Shown piece by piece: positions 35,852 through 40,032 of a stretch of 40,032 bases of DNA. A model generated the notes under the pieces. It was not told the DNA's origin. It saw only the letters and a list, made by a program, of their open reading frames with translations, and ran no database searches. Position 1 is the stretch's first letter; each line of letters opens with the position of its first letter. The DNA lies in NCBI RefSeq assembly GCF_001194135.2, contig NC_068992.1:14786318-14826349 (forward strand), given 5' to 3'. Position numbers and translations under genes: made by a program. This stretch comes from Octopus bimaculoides (Eukaryota).

Positions 35852-36264
35852 AGTAAGATGAATATTATTATTGCTCTGAAGATTAATTAAATATAATTAA
35901 TCTTGAATTTCAATTGCTACTGATTTTTCATCGTTAACATTGTTATTGAATTGACATAGTGTCGATGGATCCTTTTACAGGGGTCACCAACAGGGTCCAC
36001 TTCATCTGATTATATTCACTTATTTACTTATTAATTAATATTGGAATTATTTATAAACGAATATCTAATTATAATATTTCTATATTTCTGGAATGAATCA
36101 ATTGACAATAGAAAGGTTGAGCAAATCATTGGCTTTCTTACGTTCATTGCTGTTTGCATTACATTCGTATTGTGTTCAGTAAACACAATTTGTACAATCA
36201 GAGATAATTGAATCAATGGAGAGAGAAAATATTACTCTACAGCATGAGAGGTTGGTGCTTCATC

Positions 36265-36295
<31 letters not shown>

Positions 36296-36299
36296 TTAC

Positions 36300-36430
36300 T
36301 GTCTTTGCACAGATTCTAATGCTGGAGATGTACTACGGTGTCAGCTGTTCACTACCAGTGAACTAGGGTAACACCCCTTATTTTTCGAGCACCATCCAGA
36401 GTATTCTGCTCGAAAAATAAGGGATAATAA
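36300..36430. repeat. Short element with a 7-bp and a perfect 17-bp hairpin, next to (ATT)n
   Basis: gttcact-acc-agtgaac (36347-36363); cccttatttttcgagca-15 nt-tgctcgaaaaataaggg (36375-36423). Confidence 0.7.
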
Positions 36431-36585
36431 TAGATGAAGCTATCATCATCATCATCATCATCATCACCCCCATAGGGATCTTCAAACGCACACACAAATC
36501 AATCATAAATGTTCACAGGAAATGCAAACATTTATGCACATCCACACACACACACACACACACACATTTACATATGATATATATA

Positions 36586-36750
36586 GGCGCGGGAGTAGCT
36601 GTGTGGTAAGTAGCTTGCTTACCAACCACATGGTTCCGGGTTCAGTCCCACTGCGTGGCACCTTGGGCAAGTGTCTTCTACTATAGCCTCGGGCCGACCA
36701 AAGCCTTGTGAGTGGATTTGGTAGACGGAAACTGAAAGAAGCCTGTTGTA

Positions 36751-36787
<37 letters not shown>

Positions 36788-36803
36788 ATATGTTTGTGTG
36801 TCT
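36586..36803 (+). mobile_element. SINE family B 5' half, young, running into a gap
   Basis: Near-identical to the reverse complement of 27950-28106. Confidence 0.9.
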
Positions 36804-37321
36804 NNNNNNNNNNNNNNNNNNNNNNNNNNNNNNNNNNNNNNNNNNNNNNNNNNNNNNNNNNNNNNNNNNNNNNNNNNNNNNNNNNNNNNNNNNNNNNNNN
36901 NNNNNNNNNNNNNNNNNNNNNNNNNNNNNNNNNNNNNNNNNNNNNNNNNNNNNNNNNNNNNNNNNNNNNNNNNNNNNNNNNNNNNNNNNNNNNNNNNNNN
37001 NNNNNNNNNNNNNNNNNNNNNNNNNNNNNNNNNNNNNNNNNNNNNNNNNNNNNNNNNNNNNNNNNNNNNNNNNNNNNNNNNNNNNNNNNNNNNNNNNNNN
37101 NNNNNNNNNNNNNNNNNNNNNNNNNNNNNNNNNNNNNNNNNNNNNNNNNNNNNNNNNNNNNNNNNNNNNNNNNNNNNNNNNNNNNNNNNNNNNNNNNNNN
37201 NNNNNNNNNNNNNNNNNNNNNNNNNNNNNNNNNNNNNNNNNNNNNNNNNNNNNNNNNNNNNNNNNNNNNNNNNNNNNNNNNNNNNNNNNNNNNNNNNNNN
37301 NNNNNTATATATATATATATC

Positions 37322-37595
37322 CATTTTGCTAGGGTCTTCATGAAGAGCTATATTTCTGTTCTATAGAGGAGAATGGAGAAGACTGACACATTGCTGATGT
37401 AGAGTTTTGTCTTCTGAGAGATAAAGCAGTGATGCCAAAGGGGCTTCCATAGGAAGTGGTGGCCAGACCATATCTGCTGTTGATCTCCAGGATCAGGTCT
37501 CCATTGTTGGTGACTGTGGAGCCCAGGTAGATGAAGGGGCTGACAAACTCCATACACTGGGGCTAATAGGGAGTGGTGGAGGATCCAGGTCATCA
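37322..37595 (-). mobile_element. RTE-like LINE internal fragment (post-RT region)
   Basis: EFVSPFIYLGSTVTNNGDLILEINSRYGLA and LWKPLW..ISQKTKLY..SILLY: the FxYLGS..EI..R..A..TK..LLY motif. Confidence 0.8.
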
Positions 37596-38389
37596 CATGC
37601 ATGCATTAGCATTGTCCTTCGCCACCTCAGCTGAAGGCCAAGCTTTGATGCTATTTTGCATGTGGTTTGTATTTTTGCGTAAATTTATTTTCTTTGTTGA
37701 TTCATGTTTGAATTGTGGGTATTGTTTGAATAAAGGCAAAACTAAGGAAGACTTAGAATTTTGTGGGAACTCATTTGTAGTACACAAGTCTAGGGAAGAA
37801 AAATAATCCAAAAATTAATGTTGTTATGTTTCATTGCATGTGACTATTGAGAATAGAAAAAGAATCAAGGCTTTGTACATTTAGTATATCCAGTGGCTGA
37901 GTGGATATGATTGGTGCGTACACTTTATACTTTTGAATGTGTACGTGCGTGCATGTATATGCACGTGTGTATGTGTGTGTGCGTTTCTGTATGCATGAGT
38001 GTCTGTATGTGCACTTGCATGAGAGTGTGAGGTTGTATGCACGTGTATGTTTGTGTGTGTGTATGTATGTGCACGTGTGTATGTGTATATGTGTGTGTGT
38101 GTGCATGAATGTATATGCTCGTTCTGCTTGTCATGACATCACACTGAAGTTGTAAATGAATGTTGTTGTCAAGCAAGCAATGCAGTTCATTTGCAATCTT
38201 TCAGAAAATCCTGTTCAGCCATTTTGTTGCTCATGTTTTAGAGAAAAAAAACAAAACAAAAAATCTCACGGGAAAATATTACCTTACTTGGAAACAGGTA
38301 GGGGGTTGGCAACTGGGGATACCGGTCATAGGATATCCACCTTGACGAAGTTCATCAGAAATTATTCATGAAAAATTGGATGTTAAAAC

Positions 38390-38393
38390 AATA

Positions 38394-38431
<38 letters not shown>

Positions 38432-38490
38432 AAAGATGGTGATGATGACGATGATGAAGATGAAGATGATGATGATGATGATGATGATGC
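38390..38490. repeat. (GAT)n microsatellite
   Basis: Direct reading. Confidence 0.95.
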
Positions 38491-38790
38491 CACAACTTGG
38501 CATCTTGGGTAAGTGTCTTCTACTATAGCCCTAGGCCAACCAATGTCTTGCGAGTGAATTTGGTAGATGAAAACTGAGTGGAAGCCTCTCATATAAATGT
38601 GTGTGTGTATTTGTGTGTTTGTGTGTTTGTTCTTCTATCATTCCTTGACAACTGGTGTTGGTTTGCTTACATCACTGCAACCAAGCAGTTCAGTAAAAGT
38701 GACCAATAGAATAAGTACCGAACTTCAAAATAATAAGCATGACATCTCAGCATGGCTGCTGTTCAATGATTAAAGCAAGGAAAAGAACAT
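38491..38790 (+). mobile_element. SINE family B (decayed, head missing)
   Basis: ggcatcttgggtaagtgtcttctactatagc..gaataagtacc..cagcatggc. Confidence 0.8.
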
Positions 38791-38825
38791 ATATATATCT
38801 TTATCTATTTTTAAAATTTTCTATT

Positions 38826-39406
38826 ACTTGTTTCAGTCATTAGACTGTGGCCATGCTGGGGCACTAACATTTTTTAAAAACCTGGTGTTTATTCTATTGG
38901 TCTCTTTTGCTGTACTGCTAAGTTACGGGTCCTATGGCACAGTTACGAGGGTGGCACTCTCTGGGAGGCACATCAGGGGAGGAGCCCTATGGCACAGTTC
39001 CGAGGGTGGCACTCTTGGTGCGTCCCATGGCACAGTTCCGAGGGTAGCACTCCTGGTGCGTCCCATGGCACAGTTCCGAGGATGGCACTTCCTGGAAAGT
39101 TCCGAGGGTGCCACTTCCTAGAAATTTCCGATGATGGCACTTATTGGCTGGCACTTCTGGGGAGAACCGCAGCTGCGGCGAGTGAGTCATTGTCGGAGTG
39201 CCGCAGCCGTGGCAAATGAGTCACCGTCGGGGTGCATTTCCTTGCCATGAGGCGAGTGCGCTGCCGAAAGAAGGAGGAGACGCTAAGTGCAAGACCGGTC
39301 TCTAGGATTCCACGCTCCCTGTTTATTCTATTGGTCTCTTTTGCTGTACTACTAAGTTACGGGTGATGTAAATGCATGAACACCAGTTGTCAAGCAGTGA
39401 TAGGGA

Positions 39407-39420
<14 letters not shown>
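38826..39420 (-). mobile_element. SINE family B 3' half interrupted by a 389-bp insert
   Basis: SINE sequence at 38826-38930 resumes at 39320-39420; 45-bp duplication. Confidence 0.85.
38931..39319. mobile_element. GC/CpG-rich insert: minisatellite plus unique ~160-bp segment
   Basis: Flanked by a 45-bp direct repeat (38886-38930 / 39320-39364, 1 mismatch); same units as 26662-26872. Confidence 0.8.
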
Positions 39421-39442
<22 letters not shown>

Positions 39443-39689
39443 TTATCGACCACACATACTTCACATACACAACTAGCTTGTTGGCTGCAATTTGGTATGG
39501 TGAAGATGACCCCCTGAATGAGCCAATGTTATAACACTTGAAAGTCATGGAAAGGTGAGACAACTCACCTTAAATCCCATTCAGGAGTGATGGGCATCAA
39601 TGTTTCATCATTTTTGCAGTTTATCAACATCACTCACCCAAACTAAATCAGAGGCAAATCACACTGCCAGTCCGTGACTTAAATGTACA

Positions 39690-39852
39690 CGAAGGGCTTC
39701 TTTCAGTTTCTCTCTATCAATTCCATTCAAAGAGCTTTGTTTGGCTGGAGGCTACAATAGAATATACTTTTCCAAGGTGCCATGTGTTGGGATTGAACCC
39801 AGAACCATATAGACGAAAAGCAAACTTCTTACCACACAGCCACTTCTGTGCC
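39690..39852 (-). mobile_element. SINE family B 5' half
   Basis: gggcttctttcagttt..ccaaggtgcca..gggattgaaccc..cttaccacacagccac. Confidence 0.8.
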
Positions 39853-39878
39853 TATATACATACATATATGCATACATG

Positions 39879-40026
39879 AGTGGTTGGCATTAGGAAGGGC
39901 ATCCAGCTGTAGAAACTCTGCCAAATCAGATTGGAGCCTCGTGTTGCCATCTGGTTTCACCAGTCCTCAGTCAAATCGTCCAACCCATGCTAGCATGGAA
40001 AGCGGACGTTAAACGATGATGATGAT
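39879..40026 (+). mobile_element. Family G (RTE-type 3' end) with (GAT)n tail
   Basis: Near-identical to the reverse complement of 20688-20835. Confidence 0.85.
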
Positions 40027-40032
40027 ATATAT

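Noticed and set aside
38931-39160. CRISPR-like 37-38-bp repeats (also 26662-26872)
   Set aside because: No unique spacers, degenerate contiguous units, eukaryotic context, no cas genes
26662-39319. The two minisatellite copies as LTRs of a 12-kb element
   Set aside because: No TG..CA ends, PBS/PPT or gag-pol between them; the second copy has its own flanking duplication

Overview
AT-rich eukaryotic (metazoan) draft-assembly sequence with 11 N-gaps (about 3.7 kb in total) and very dense microsatellites. The repeat inventory is most consistent with a cephalopod (octopus-like) genome; this is inference, not a database result. There is no intact protein-coding gene: almost all supplied ORFs are microsatellite or gap read-through. 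The window is intron/intergenic-like DNA packed with decayed mobile elements: several tRNA-derived SINE families (about 35 copies or fragments), RTE LINE fragments, Tx1/L1-like LINE 3' ends, an R4/Dong-like RLE LINE 3' end, a Penelope-like element (RT + GIY-YIG), a mariner relic and MITEs. Two small plus-strand candidate exons (25129-25250, 32745-32786) are phase-compatible. The most interesting signals are: a tRNA-like Pol III head plus hammerhead-ribozyme core at the 3' end of the Penelope element; further hammerhead-like cores; a SINE subfamily sharing its 3' end with a Tx1-like LINE; a 389-bp insert flanked by a 45-bp direct duplication; (TAA)n-embedded elements; and a SINE+linker tandem array. 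SINE family letters (A-H) are my working labels, and repeat boundaries are approximate.
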